Made by a program: the position numbers and the translations under genes. A stretch of DNA of 64,000 bases, taken from contig CAXXFL010000001.1 in the NCBI GenBank assembly GCA_963674965.2, positions 1,024,001-1,088,000 on the forward strand, read 5' to 3'. This document shows, one piece after another, positions 28,825 to 38,044 of this stretch. A model generated the notes under the pieces. It was not told the DNA's origin. It worked only from the letters and a program-made list of their open reading frames with translations, and searched no databases. The first letter of the stretch is position 1. Every line of letters starts with the position of its first letter. This stretch comes from a bacterium (lineage in GTDB: Bacteria; RBG-13-61-14; DATKZS01).

Positions 28825-29880
28825 ATGAACAAGGAAAACGACATAGAAAAAGTAAGGCTTTGCTCCCGCTCGAGCGCCTCGGGGTGAGCGGCCAAGCTGG
28901 GTCCGGGCGACCTCAGGCAAATCCTTACCGGGCTCGACCAGCCCGTAAACGAGAGGCTTATCGTAGGGGCCGACACGGCCGACGACGCGGGCGTTTACAA
29001 GCTCGATGAGTCTACTGGCCTTATTTTGACGGTCGACTTCTTTACGCCCATCGTGGACGACCCCTATGAGTTCGGCGCCATCGCGGCCGCCAACTCCCTC
29101 TCGGACGTGTACGCCATGGGCGGAAGGCCCCTGGCGGCGCTGAACGTCTGCTGTTTTCCGCCCAAGGAGGACAAGGACCTTTTGCGCTCGATCCTGCAGG
29201 GCGGGGCCGACAAGCTGAGGGAGGCAGGCGCGGTCCTGGCGGGGGGCCACTCGGTGCGCGACGACGACCTCAAATACGGGATGGCCGTGATCGGGATCGC
29301 CCCTCCCGGCGAGGTTTTGACCAACGGCGGGGCCAGGCCGGGCGACAAGCTGATCCTGACCAAACCCATCGGCACGGGTCTTCTTTCCACGGCCCGCAAG
29401 AAGAACGCCATCGAGGAGGATGACTTCCGGGTCGCGGTCGAAAATATGCTCGAGCTCAACAAGGCGGGCGCCGAGGCCATGAAGGGTCTCGAGGTTTCCG
29501 CCTGTACCGACGTGACCGGTTTCGGGCTGTTGGGCCATGGCCGCGAGATGGCCGCCGCCTCGGGGGTCTGTCTCGCCATCGAGCTGGCCCTGGTTCCTCT
29601 CCTGGAAAAGTCCCGGTGGTGCGCCGAGAAAGGGCACTCGCCGGGCGGGGCCAAAAGCAATCTCAAGGAGTTCGGCGCCAGCCTGATCGGAAAACCCAAA
29701 CGCGATGAATGGTATTCCATCCTCCCCGACCCTCAGACCTCGGGCGGGTTGCTTATCGCCGTCGGCGCCTCGGACGCGGAGAAGCTAACGGCCAGACTCG
29801 AGGACCTTGGCGTGAGAGGCGGCTGTATCGGGGAAGTCCTGGACGGTCCCGCCGGCGGGATCAAGATCATCGACGAATAA
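28825..29880 (+). CDS. selD: Selenide, water dikinase; selenoprotein with in-frame UGA
   Basis: ATG at 28825 gives MNKENDIEKVRLCSRSSASG-U-AAKLGPGDL...DDAGVY...TVDFFTPIVDDP...DVTGFGLLGH...DPQTSGGLL. TGA at 28885-28887 is in frame with the track ORF 29026. Confidence 0.95.
28888..28920 (+). promoter_or_regulatory. Putative bacterial SECIS hairpin of selD
   Basis: CTG-GGTC-cgggc-GACC-t-CAG stem-loop about 11 nt after the UGA. Confidence 0.65.
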
Positions 29881-29881
29881 G

Positions 29882-31756
29882 ATGACTCGATCTTTTCCGC
29901 GTCGTAACTATTTATATCTCGCCGCTCTTTTAGCCTTATTATCCTTTTCGTTTTACGCCTGCCCGGGAAGCGGCGACCCGCCCCCGGCGGAAGTTCCCGC
30001 TTTTTCCATCGTCTGGCCCGGAGACACGAGCGGGCCGTTGAAATGGACTCACGATAACCCGGTTCAAAAGGTCTGCCTGCAAGGCGTGTCCAAGAACGCC
30101 GTCCTTATAAGCCCCGAAAAACCCCTCGGCGTAACGCCGCCGGAGGACGTCCTGGGCAAGCAATATATTCTCAGGTTCTGCGCCGGCTCATCCTCCGGGG
30201 AACTCGCTTCCCCGGTCGTCCTCTCGGTGAAGTCGGGAGGCGTGGCTATCGGGTCCCTCCAGCTCGAGGCGGGTAAAAGCCCGGGCTGGCAAGAAGTATC
30301 CATGTCGTATTCTCCCTCCCTCGTCTCCGGCTCGAGCCTGGAGATATCTTCCATCCTCATCGAGCTCGACCGGGAAGCGGAAAACATTTACGTCAGCGAG
30401 CCCCGGCTGATCCTGGAAAACGACGCTCGGGCCAGGCCTTCCGTTTACTTCATCCTGGTCGACGCGACCCGGGCCGACGCCGTCGGGGCCTATGGCGATC
30501 GAGGCAAGTCCACGCCGAATATGGACTCCCTGGCCAAGGACGGGGTATTGTTCGAGCGCTGCTACACTTCCTCTCCCTTCACGCTGACGTCGGTGGCCTC
30601 GATCTTCACCGGCCTTCATCCCTGGAATCACCGGGTCATATTCGCCAAGGACGCGGGCCTGGTTTTCCGCGACGAGATACCCACGCTGATCGAGGACTTC
30701 AAGAGGGCGGGCTATCACACGGCAGCTTTTTCGGGGACTTATTTTTTCATGTCCAAAAACGGCTACGCCAAGGGTTTCGATCATTTCGACGAGACCTGCG
30801 CGGACGACTTTTTTCGCGGCGGCGCCGAGTGTCTCAGCGCTCGAGTCGTTCCCTGGGTGGAGGCCCATGTTGACGAGCCCGTGCTGGTGTACGTACATTA
30901 CATTGACCCTCACGCCCCCTACTACGCCCCGCCGCGTTTTCGGGATGCGGCCGCGTCCGGTCTTCCCAAGCCCGGCCATGAGGACGTGGTCCTGGGCGAG
31001 ATCGAGCAGTTCGGAAGCAACCGCAAATGGTACCAGGCGCTCAGGAAGCCGGACGCGGCCGATCTCGAGTATCTCAGGGCCATGTACGACGCCGAGCTCG
31101 AGTACGTGGACGAGGAAATCGGCAAGCTGTTAAAGGCGATAGACCAGAGGCGTCTCGCGGGCGGTCCCGAGCCGTTTATATTATTGACCGCGGACCACGG
31201 TGAGGCTTTTTACGAGCATGGGGCCATGGACCACGTCGCCGACCTTCACGATCCGGTAATGCGGGTACCCTTCATATTGAAAGGTCCGGGCTTGCCCAAA
31301 GGAGAGCGCGCGCCGGAGGCGGTAAGGACCATCGACTATCTTCCCACGTTGCTGGACCTGGCTGGAATATCTCCATCCTCGAGGACCGACGGGGTTAGCC
31401 TCCGGCCCCTGCTGGAGGGGGACTCGATCAGGCCCCAACCGGCGGCGGCGGTGCATTTCCTGGAGGGCAAAAAAGAATACGCGCTTGTTTACTGGCCCTG
31501 GAAGATATTCCATCTTCCCGACTCGGGAACGACCTCGCTTTACGACCTCGAAAAAGACCCGGGGGAGCATAAAGACATGTCCGCCCTGGACCCGGAAAGG
31601 TCCAGGGCGATGCTCGAGTACCTCGAGGCCATTTTGCCCAGGGAGGGCGATAACGACGGGACCGCGAGCGACGCGTTCGATCTTGACACCTGGAAGCGCC
31701 TCGAGGAGCTTGGCTATATAGATAAGACCAAGTCCAGGCGCAAGCCCGAGAAATAG
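29882..31756 (+). CDS. Sulfatase-like (alkaline phosphatase superfamily) lipoprotein
   Basis: ILVDATRAD, TPNMD, PFTLTSVASIFTG, DPHAPY, TADHGE, LYDLEKDPGE. Confidence 0.88.
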   Translation: MTRSFPRRNYLYLAALLALLSFSFYACPGSGDPPPAEVPAFSIVWPGDTSGPLKWTHDNPVQKVCLQGVSKNAVLISPEKPLGVTPPEDVLGKQYILRFCAGSSSGELASPVVLSVKSGGVAIGSLQLEAGKSPGWQEVSMSYSPSLVSGSSLEISSILIELDREAENIYVSEPRLILENDARARPSVYFILVDATRADAVGAYGDRGKSTPNMDSLAKDGVLFERCYTSSPFTLTSVASIFTGLHPWNHRVIFAKDAGLVFRDEIPTLIEDFKRAGYHTAAFSGTYFFMSKNGYAKGFDHFDETCADDFFRGGAECLSARVVPWVEAHVDEPVLVYVHYIDPHAPYYAPPRFRDAAASGLPKPGHEDVVLGEIEQFGSNRKWYQALRKPDAADLEYLRAMYDAELEYVDEEIGKLLKAIDQRRLAGGPEPFILLTADHGEAFYEHGAMDHVADLHDPVMRVPFILKGPGLPKGERAPEAVRTIDYLPTLLDLAGISPSSRTDGVSLRPLLEGDSIRPQPAAAVHFLEGKKEYALVYWPWKIFHLPDSGTTSLYDLEKDPGEHKDMSALDPERSRAMLEYLEAILPREGDNDGTASDAFDLDTWKRLEELGYIDKTKSRRKPEK

Positions 31757-31781
31757 CCTCTTCTATCCTTTTCGTCCCATC

Positions 31782-32240
31782 CTAGGCCGAGGGGGCGGAG
31801 TTTTTAGGCGGTCTTCCGGGCCCTCTTTTCGCGCCCGCTTTCCTGGCCGTCTTTTTGGCGGCGGCTTTTCTGGGAGCGCCGGCCCGGGTTTTTTTAGCCG
31901 CGCTTTTTTTCGTCCGGCCGGGGGCCTTCTTTTTCACGACCGCCTTTTTGGCCGCCTTTTTGGCCGCCTTTTTGGCGGTTTTTTTCGGTCTTCCCTTTTT
32001 CGCCGCCTTCTTGGCCGTTTTTTTAGCGGCCTTTTTTCCGGCGGAGCGGGACGAGCCCTTTTCCACGGCTTGCAGGAATGAAGAGAGTTCCTTGGGCGGC
32101 CTTCCCCTTCGGGATGGGAATATCTTATCCACCTTGGCGGCGACCCTTTTCAGCTCGGCCTTCATCTCGTTCAATTCCTCGCTCATCTTTTCGAGGTATT
32201 CCTCGAGCCCGGAAAGAACTTCTTTTTTAGTTTTTCTCAT
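31782..32240 (-). CDS. Basic histone H1-like protein with AT-hook-like motifs
   Basis: N-terminal coiled coil, RRGRPPK, KKAAKK repeats, KKGRPKK, GPGRPPK. RBS AAGGAGGG before ATG 32240. Confidence 0.7.
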   Translation of the reverse strand: MRKTKKEVLSGLEEYLEKMSEELNEMKAELKRVAAKVDKIFPSRRGRPPKELSSFLQAVEKGSSRSAGKKAAKKTAKKAAKKGRPKKTAKKAAKKAAKKAVVKKKAPGRTKKSAAKKTRAGAPRKAAAKKTARKAGAKRGPGRPPKNSAPSA

Positions 32241-32829
32241 TTCTTCCGCTTCCCTCCTTTGAAGATAAACCAACGCCAATTCATCCAAAAACCATACAAT
32301 TAAAACCGGCAAGGCCGAAACGAATAAATATCGGTTTGCCTCGGCCGGCCTTCCCGCCTCCAGCGGCAAATGCACGCTCCTGATTTTAAATGAGTTTTTT
32401 AACGCGCCCTTCCGGACGATGGAATTAAACTTTAATCCGGCTTGGATATACTGACAATGGGCATTAAAAATCTACGGCGTTTTCATAAGGTGATAAAGAA
32501 TATATCATATGGGCCGAGTCATTTCAAGGCGGGATATTATTTAACATTTTATTCGCTTTTGACGGCCAATTTAAAACGGCGACGGATATTCAAATTTCAT
32601 CTCCTCGCCGCTTCCCGGCGGCCGGGAATAGCGTGAAGCCGGAAAAAGCCGCCTTATAATATCGGGTTAATGCATACGCGAGTGAACGATCGGGTTCAGC
32701 CTCTTATCTTTTCTTTCGCCTTGACGGGAAACTCGATGGGAAATAAAATATAGTAACAAGAGGCATATCGTTATTGAATAATCGATATATGGGAAAGGAC
32801 CACTCCGCCGAATAGGGCGTCTTTTTCCG

Positions 32830-33117
32830 GTGAGGCAAAATAAATTGGTTTATGAAGACGACTTTGAATACGAATCGATCCAGGACCCCGAGACGATAAG
32901 AGGACTTTTGGAGTCCCTCATCGAGGGCATTCAAAAGGGGACCATAATACTTTCGTCCAACGGCGACGAGATAGTCCTGCGTCCGGCGCCTCTCATGAAG
33001 TTCTCCATTAAGGCCTCAAGAAAGGGGACCGCCGGCAAGCTCAGCCTCAAGATTTCCTGGAAGGACGACAAGGACGTCGATCCGGGAACCAATGGCGGTC
33101 TGCAAATAACCAGCTAA
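32830..33117 (+). CDS. Amphi-Trp domain protein
   Basis: FEYESIQD...LIEGIQKG.I.L...IVLRP...KLSLKISW pattern. Confidence 0.75.
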   Translation: MRQNKLVYEDDFEYESIQDPETIRGLLESLIEGIQKGTIILSSNGDEIVLRPAPLMKFSIKASRKGTAGKLSLKISWKDDKDVDPGTNGGLQITS

Positions 33118-33177
33118 TGGCCCCCGTCTTTCTCAGCCGCGCCGGCGGAAATTAAGCGCCCGCCAAGGGACCGTCTC

Positions 33178-33720
33178 ATGAGGACCTATTTGACCTCGGA
33201 CTCGGAGAAAAAAAAGCTCCGGGGCCTAAAGCGCAAGATGAGGCTTATGCGCGCCCTTCCCGGCCTGCTCGAGGACTTTGACCCCTGTCCCATACCCGGG
33301 CTTGGCTATTGGTACATGAAAATTCCCATGCCCTGGGCCGCCCTGGAGGGCCCGAAGGCCAAGCCGGCGGTAAGGCTGGAATGCGTCCGGCTAATGATCG
33401 AGTCGAGTATCGTCCTGGGCCGGTCCCTCTCCGGGGGCCGGGCCGAAGCCAGGTCGTTTTGCGTTATCCGCCTTCCCCGGCTGTTCGACTCCGAGCTTAT
33501 AGTTCATTTCGAAAGGGGTTTCCTCGAGGAGAAAATCCGCCTGGAACTCGAGTCCGACGGTCCCGAGTACTGGTACGAGCCCCTGCCTGAGGAAAGGAGC
33601 CTGATCGAGGAATGGCGTCTCGATACGTTCGAGGGGGTCCGGGAGAGGGGCCTTCTCGAGAGGATCGAGGACGAGAGCGGATCGAGAACGGGTGAGGTCT
33701 GGTACGTGGGAGACGTCTAA
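33178..33720 (+). CDS. DUF3916-like hypothetical protein
   Basis: KKKLRGLKRK, YWYMKIP, LPRLFDSEL, C-terminal EVWYVG. Confidence 0.6.
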   Translation: MRTYLTSDSEKKKLRGLKRKMRLMRALPGLLEDFDPCPIPGLGYWYMKIPMPWAALEGPKAKPAVRLECVRLMIESSIVLGRSLSGGRAEARSFCVIRLPRLFDSELIVHFERGFLEEKIRLELESDGPEYWYEPLPEERSLIEEWRLDTFEGVRERGLLERIEDESGSRTGEVWYVGDV

Positions 33721-33726
33721 AGGGAG

Positions 33727-35058
33727 TTATCTTTCCCTGTCGCGATATTTCTTTACCATGGGCGCCACGGCCAGTACCAATCCCTCCAGGGCCAGGGCGG
33801 TCCCCATTATGCCCCATCCCGGCAGGATGCTGGAAGGCAGTGGAAAAACGTTCTCCAGGCCCGTTTTCTGGTAATGCCTTTTATAAAATTCCTGGGTCCT
33901 GGAGGGACCTCGGGTCACGATCTCTTCCCTTTCCTCGTCTGGTTTTACCTTTGACGGGTCCATCCATGGCAGGGCCTCGGCCAGGACCGCGGGGACCTCG
34001 GCCGCCCCCAGCCCTTCAGGGGGCTCGAACATGGTGACCGCCAGCGTGTCCCGCCTTGGCACCCTGGGTCCACGCGCCAGGATCATCAGGTTGGTCCCGC
34101 TCGTCGGGCCCTCCGGGTCTTTTATTAAGATCGACCGGGCGGCCAGCGACTCGGGAATGGTGTCCCGCTCCATCTTGAAGAACCAGGTCGTCCGGCCGGG
34201 TCCGCGGTCCCCGGCCCCGACGGTCTTGCCCGTCAAGGCTGAGACAAGCGTGGTCGGGGCCACCAGTGTCCGGGTGTCGATAATGGAGCCTCCCCTCAGC
34301 CTGAGGCTAATCGCTCGCCTTCCCTCGGTCAGGATGGACTCGGGCCGGGCCTCCATGACCGACCCGCGCCTGGCGATGGACTCGGCCGCCCTTTCCCGAT
34401 AGTCTCCCTCCGGGCCAAGTCCCGGATAGAGCAGGTTCATGGCCCCGAGAAGAAGGGCCACCTGGGCCGCCGGGGCATCGCCGGTCACGGGAAACCCGCC
34501 CAGCCCGGAGGCCGCGGCGAGAAAAAAACCCCGAGCCTCGGAGGGGGCGCCGGCGCACCAGACTTTAAAAGGCTCAGTCTCGGGCGGCCGCCAGCTTCTA
34601 AGCCGGAGCCTTTTCCAGAACGGTCTTTCCCGAGTCTCGGAGGACTCGAGGGGAAAGTCGTTCTCCGCGGCCGACGTCACGATGTCCTCCGCCATCCTTT
34701 TGAGCTGGGAACGATAATCCTCGAAGGCTCCCGCCAACTCGCCCCAATCCCGAGCGGCGAACTCCACGCGGCTCTGTCCGTTGGCGATGACGTCAATGGG
34801 CTTGCCCGCGACAATGACCTGGAAGTCGGGGAGATGGGAGGGGCGGGGAGCGGCGGTCGGCTTCAGGCCCGCGGCCCTCATCAGGTTCGTGACCCGGCCC
34901 GGGTCGATCGGTGAATCGAAGGCCAGGGGCAGGCCCGGGTCGGGCGCGCTCTCGATGAGGAACATGACCCTCAAGTCGGAGGCCGCGAAGGCCGCCGCGG
35001 CGGCCCATGAATCGAGGTCGTCCTTGCCTATCAGCGTAACGTCATAAAGTTTGCTCAT
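33727..35058 (-). CDS. Divergent FAD-oxidoreductase-like (phytoene dehydrogenase-like) protein
   Basis: YDVTLIG...AAAAFA..RV degenerate Rossmann start, PDFQV, C-terminal TGLENVF...PGWG. Confidence 0.5.
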   Translation of the reverse strand: MSKLYDVTLIGKDDLDSWAAAAAFAASDLRVMFLIESAPDPGLPLAFDSPIDPGRVTNLMRAAGLKPTAAPRPSHLPDFQVIVAGKPIDVIANGQSRVEFAARDWGELAGAFEDYRSQLKRMAEDIVTSAAENDFPLESSETRERPFWKRLRLRSWRPPETEPFKVWCAGAPSEARGFFLAAASGLGGFPVTGDAPAAQVALLLGAMNLLYPGLGPEGDYRERAAESIARRGSVMEARPESILTEGRRAISLRLRGGSIIDTRTLVAPTTLVSALTGKTVGAGDRGPGRTTWFFKMERDTIPESLAARSILIKDPEGPTSGTNLMILARGPRVPRRDTLAVTMFEPPEGLGAAEVPAVLAEALPWMDPSKVKPDEEREEIVTRGPSRTQEFYKRHYQKTGLENVFPLPSSILPGWGIMGTALALEGLVLAVAPMVKKYRDRER

Positions 35059-35122
35059 GCCGAGGCTTCCGGGATATCGCCGTGAAGGGTTATCTTTTTC
35101 AACGCGGGGTCTCGAGCAACCA

Positions 35123-36172
35123 TCATCCGAGGGGCAGGTCGAAAAGGGTCATGACTTGGGGCCGGTCCTCTTTTGTGAACCTTCGGGCCTCCTCCTCGAT
35201 GATGGCGTTCACCTTGGTCAGCTCGGCCACCCTTTCCCTCGTGTTGCGCTGGGAAATCTCGCGCAGGTCGTCCACGTTGGCCAGGCTTACGTTTTCCACC
35301 TGGGCCACCTCGGGGTCCACGTTCCTCGGTATGGCCAGGTCTATGATAAAGAGTCTTCTTCCCGGCCTTGAGGCCATGACTTTCTCGATGGTTTTTTTCC
35401 TGACGAGCACGTGGGGAGCGCTGGTCGAGGTGACGAGCACGTCGACCTTTCCGATCTGGGACTCGAGCTCGGTGTAGTCCACGGCCCTTCCCCCCAGGTG
35501 ATGGGCCACGTCCTGGGCCCTGCTCAGGGTCCTGTTGACCACCAGGATGGTGGCGACGCCGTGGGCCGACAGGGACCGGGCCGTGAGTATCCCCATTTCA
35601 CCGGCCCCCAGGATCATGGTGGCCTTGTTCTTGAGACCGCCGAGCCGCTCCCTGGCCATCTCGACGGCCACCGAGGCAATGGACACTGGAGACTGTCCGA
35701 AGCCGGTCTCGGCCTTGACCCTTTCGGCCACCAGGGACGCGGCGCGGGCCAGCTTTTCCGTCTCGGGACCGAGAGTGCCCTCCTCCCTGGCCTGGGCGAA
35801 GGAGCGGCAAACCTGCCCGGCCACCTGGCATTCGCCCACCACCATCGAGTCGGCGCCGGCGCTGACCATGAAAAGATGGCCGACCGCGTCCCCGTTCCTT
35901 TTAAAATAAAAGTACCTGTTCACCTGCTCGTCATCGATCTCGTACTCGGCCTTGAGGAAATCCCTCAGGTCCCGTACCACCAAGTCGTCATCTCCCCCGG
36001 CCACGTAAAACTCGACCCGGTTGCAGGTGGTCACCACCACGACTTCATCCACTTGAATCGCCCGCTGTAGGCGCTTCCTGGCGTCGAAAAGCCTCACCCC
36101 GGAAAGAGCGGCTTTCTCCCGCAGCCAAAGCGGCGACGTCTTATGGTTGGTTCCAGCGAGAATTATCGCCAT
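35123..36172 (-). CDS. hemA: Glutamyl-tRNA reductase, short form
   Basis: GTNHKTSP, TCNRVEFY, GADSMVVGECQVAGQV, GAGEMG, NRT, DLAIPRNVD. Confidence 0.9.
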   Translation of the reverse strand: MAIILAGTNHKTSPLWLREKAALSGVRLFDARKRLQRAIQVDEVVVVTTCNRVEFYVAGGDDDLVVRDLRDFLKAEYEIDDEQVNRYFYFKRNGDAVGHLFMVSAGADSMVVGECQVAGQVCRSFAQAREEGTLGPETEKLARAASLVAERVKAETGFGQSPVSIASVAVEMARERLGGLKNKATMILGAGEMGILTARSLSAHGVATILVVNRTLSRAQDVAHHLGGRAVDYTELESQIGKVDVLVTSTSAPHVLVRKKTIEKVMASRPGRRLFIIDLAIPRNVDPEVAQVENVSLANVDDLREISQRNTRERVAELTKVNAIIEEEARRFTKEDRPQVMTLFDLPLG

Positions 36173-36339
36173 GGAAATCTCTCCCGTCCGCTAAACTTCA
36201 TATCGCGACGACGGTTTCAAATACCGCGATAACTTAATAAAATAACATGGATTCGCGAGAGTGACAAAGACCCGCCAATGAAAATTCCACGCGTCAAGGG
36301 CGCGCCTCGGCGCCGCCTCGCCTCTTTTCGTTTTGTATC

Positions 36340-37092
36340 TTAGTCGCTTTTGCTCTCGTCGTACTCTTTTTTGTCCTCACCGGGCTTTTCCTCCGCCCGT
36401 TCTTCCTCGTCCAAGCCTTCCGGCTCGATTTCCTCGCGGGATTCAGGCTCGACCATCTTGTCCTCGGACAGACTGTACTTGGATTTATCGAACTCGACGT
36501 CCCCATTGACGGAGATGGAATTAATCTTTCCTTTATCCACCGTGATCAGGCAATAGGGATTGGCCGATATGCCCGAAGGCGCCGTCCTCTCGGGAGCGCG
36601 GAACGTCTTGACCTCGAGCAGCAGGGAGCCGGATGACTCGCTCCAGTCGGTCACGGCCATGGACCGTCCGATCCTTCTTTGCTTGCCCCCGTAAATAAGG
36701 ACCACCGAGTTGTCCTCGAAATTCACGTCATAGCGCTCGGGCTTGGCGGATTTGCCCGCGTGTATCAACATATGAATGGACCTGTAAGAATTCTCATCGT
36801 CGGCTATCATGATTTTTGGGTCCTTGCTGAAGGCCGTCCCATAATCGCCGCACTCGAGTATCTTGAGCGGGTCTCCCCAGCCCGTCTTCTTGCTCTGGAG
36901 AATCTCCTTTTCCTTGTCCCTGTCCCGCTTCCTTGAGGACGTCGGCTCGGCCTTTTTCTCTTTTTCTTTTTCCTTTTCCTTTGGAACGGGCTTCTCGCCG
37001 CATGAAGCGATGGAAAATGAAAAAATTAAAACCACGCACGCCGCGACGGCCCTGGCCGACGGCTTTAAACGTCTCGTAATTTCCCTAACCAT
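36340..37092 (-). CDS. Lipoprotein with probable PrcB C-terminal-like domain
   Basis: SIAS-C lipobox, KE-rich linker, VNFEDNSVVLIYGG...NPYCLITV, acidic tail. Confidence 0.55.
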   Translation of the reverse strand: MVREITRRLKPSARAVAACVVLIFSFSIASCGEKPVPKEKEKEKEKKAEPTSSRKRDRDKEKEILQSKKTGWGDPLKILECGDYGTAFSKDPKIMIADDENSYRSIHMLIHAGKSAKPERYDVNFEDNSVVLIYGGKQRRIGRSMAVTDWSESSGSLLLEVKTFRAPERTAPSGISANPYCLITVDKGKINSISVNGDVEFDKSKYSLSEDKMVEPESREEIEPEGLDEEERAEEKPGEDKKEYDESKSD

Positions 37093-37561
37093 ATCGCTAA
37101 CCTCCCGGGCGTATATCCCCTTGATTGTGGCGGCGGTCCTTAATCCATAAGTTTTCCTTTAAAAATCAATACAACCACAATAGTACAATCGCAAGGAGGG
37201 CTTTGCAAGAGCCGGCCGCGTCATCAACCTGGCCCCTCCCCGTCTAAAAAACCAGTGCATAAGCCTTTCCCGGATCGAGCCCGGGCCGGCCAGTTCCCTG
37301 ATTTTGACGCTCGTCCGTAAACTTTAGTTTCGGTCCGCGCGAAAAAAAACAGCAGGGCTATTGATTTAACGCCCCTTAGTTCATATATTTTACCTGTTGG
37401 GGTTTTTGTTTTGTGGCCCTTAGCCGGCGTAATAATTTTGTTTTTCGCGCCGGAAGAGGCAAATGATTCATTATACCTGCGGCGAGGTTTTTTAAAGGCG
37501 CCCGGAGGTTTTCAGGAACGCGACCTGAAAATGGCAATCTAATAACGGTGAGGAGAGTGAC

Positions 37562-38044
37562 ATGTCAAGCGAAGATACACCAAAGGGATTCACGGTGGTT
37601 GACAGCCGAGTCAGCCGTGATGACGAAGGGGATCAAGGCCCCGGCGGGGACAAGGAAAATAAAAAGGCCGCGGATAAACCCGGCGGGGAGGGCGCGGTAA
37701 AAAGCGGCGAGACCTCCAAACCGGACGCCGCCGAGGAAAGCTTGGAAACCGGCGCGAGCATGGAAACCGACCATGCCCCCATCACCTTTCCCGGTTTTCT
37801 TCTTTCCCTCCATCATTCCGCGGCCATCTGCCTTGGGCTCGTTCCCGACCCGATACAAAACGAGAGGATTACCCGTCTGGACCTTGCCCGCGAAAACATC
37901 GACCTTCTCGAGATGCTAAAGGAAAAAACCAAGGGCAACCTGGACGCCGATGAGCAAAAGCTAATTGAGAACATACTCTACGACCTGCGCATGGCCTACG
38001 TCCAGGTATGCAAGGCGAGTGGAAAAGGAGATTGCGACTTATGA
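37562..38044 (+). CDS. DUF1844 domain protein
   Basis: GFTVVDSR, ITF..FLLSL, LGLVPDP, IDLLEMLKEKTKGNL, LYDLRMAYV. Confidence 0.88.
   Translation: MSSEDTPKGFTVVDSRVSRDDEGDQGPGGDKENKKAADKPGGEGAVKSGETSKPDAAEESLETGASMETDHAPITFPGFLLSLHHSAAICLGLVPDPIQNERITRLDLARENIDLLEMLKEKTKGNLDADEQKLIENILYDLRMAYVQVCKASGKGDCDL

Noticed and set aside
28885-28887. selD as a pseudogene with a premature stop
   Set aside because: The UGA is at the catalytic Sec position and is followed by a SECIS-like hairpin.
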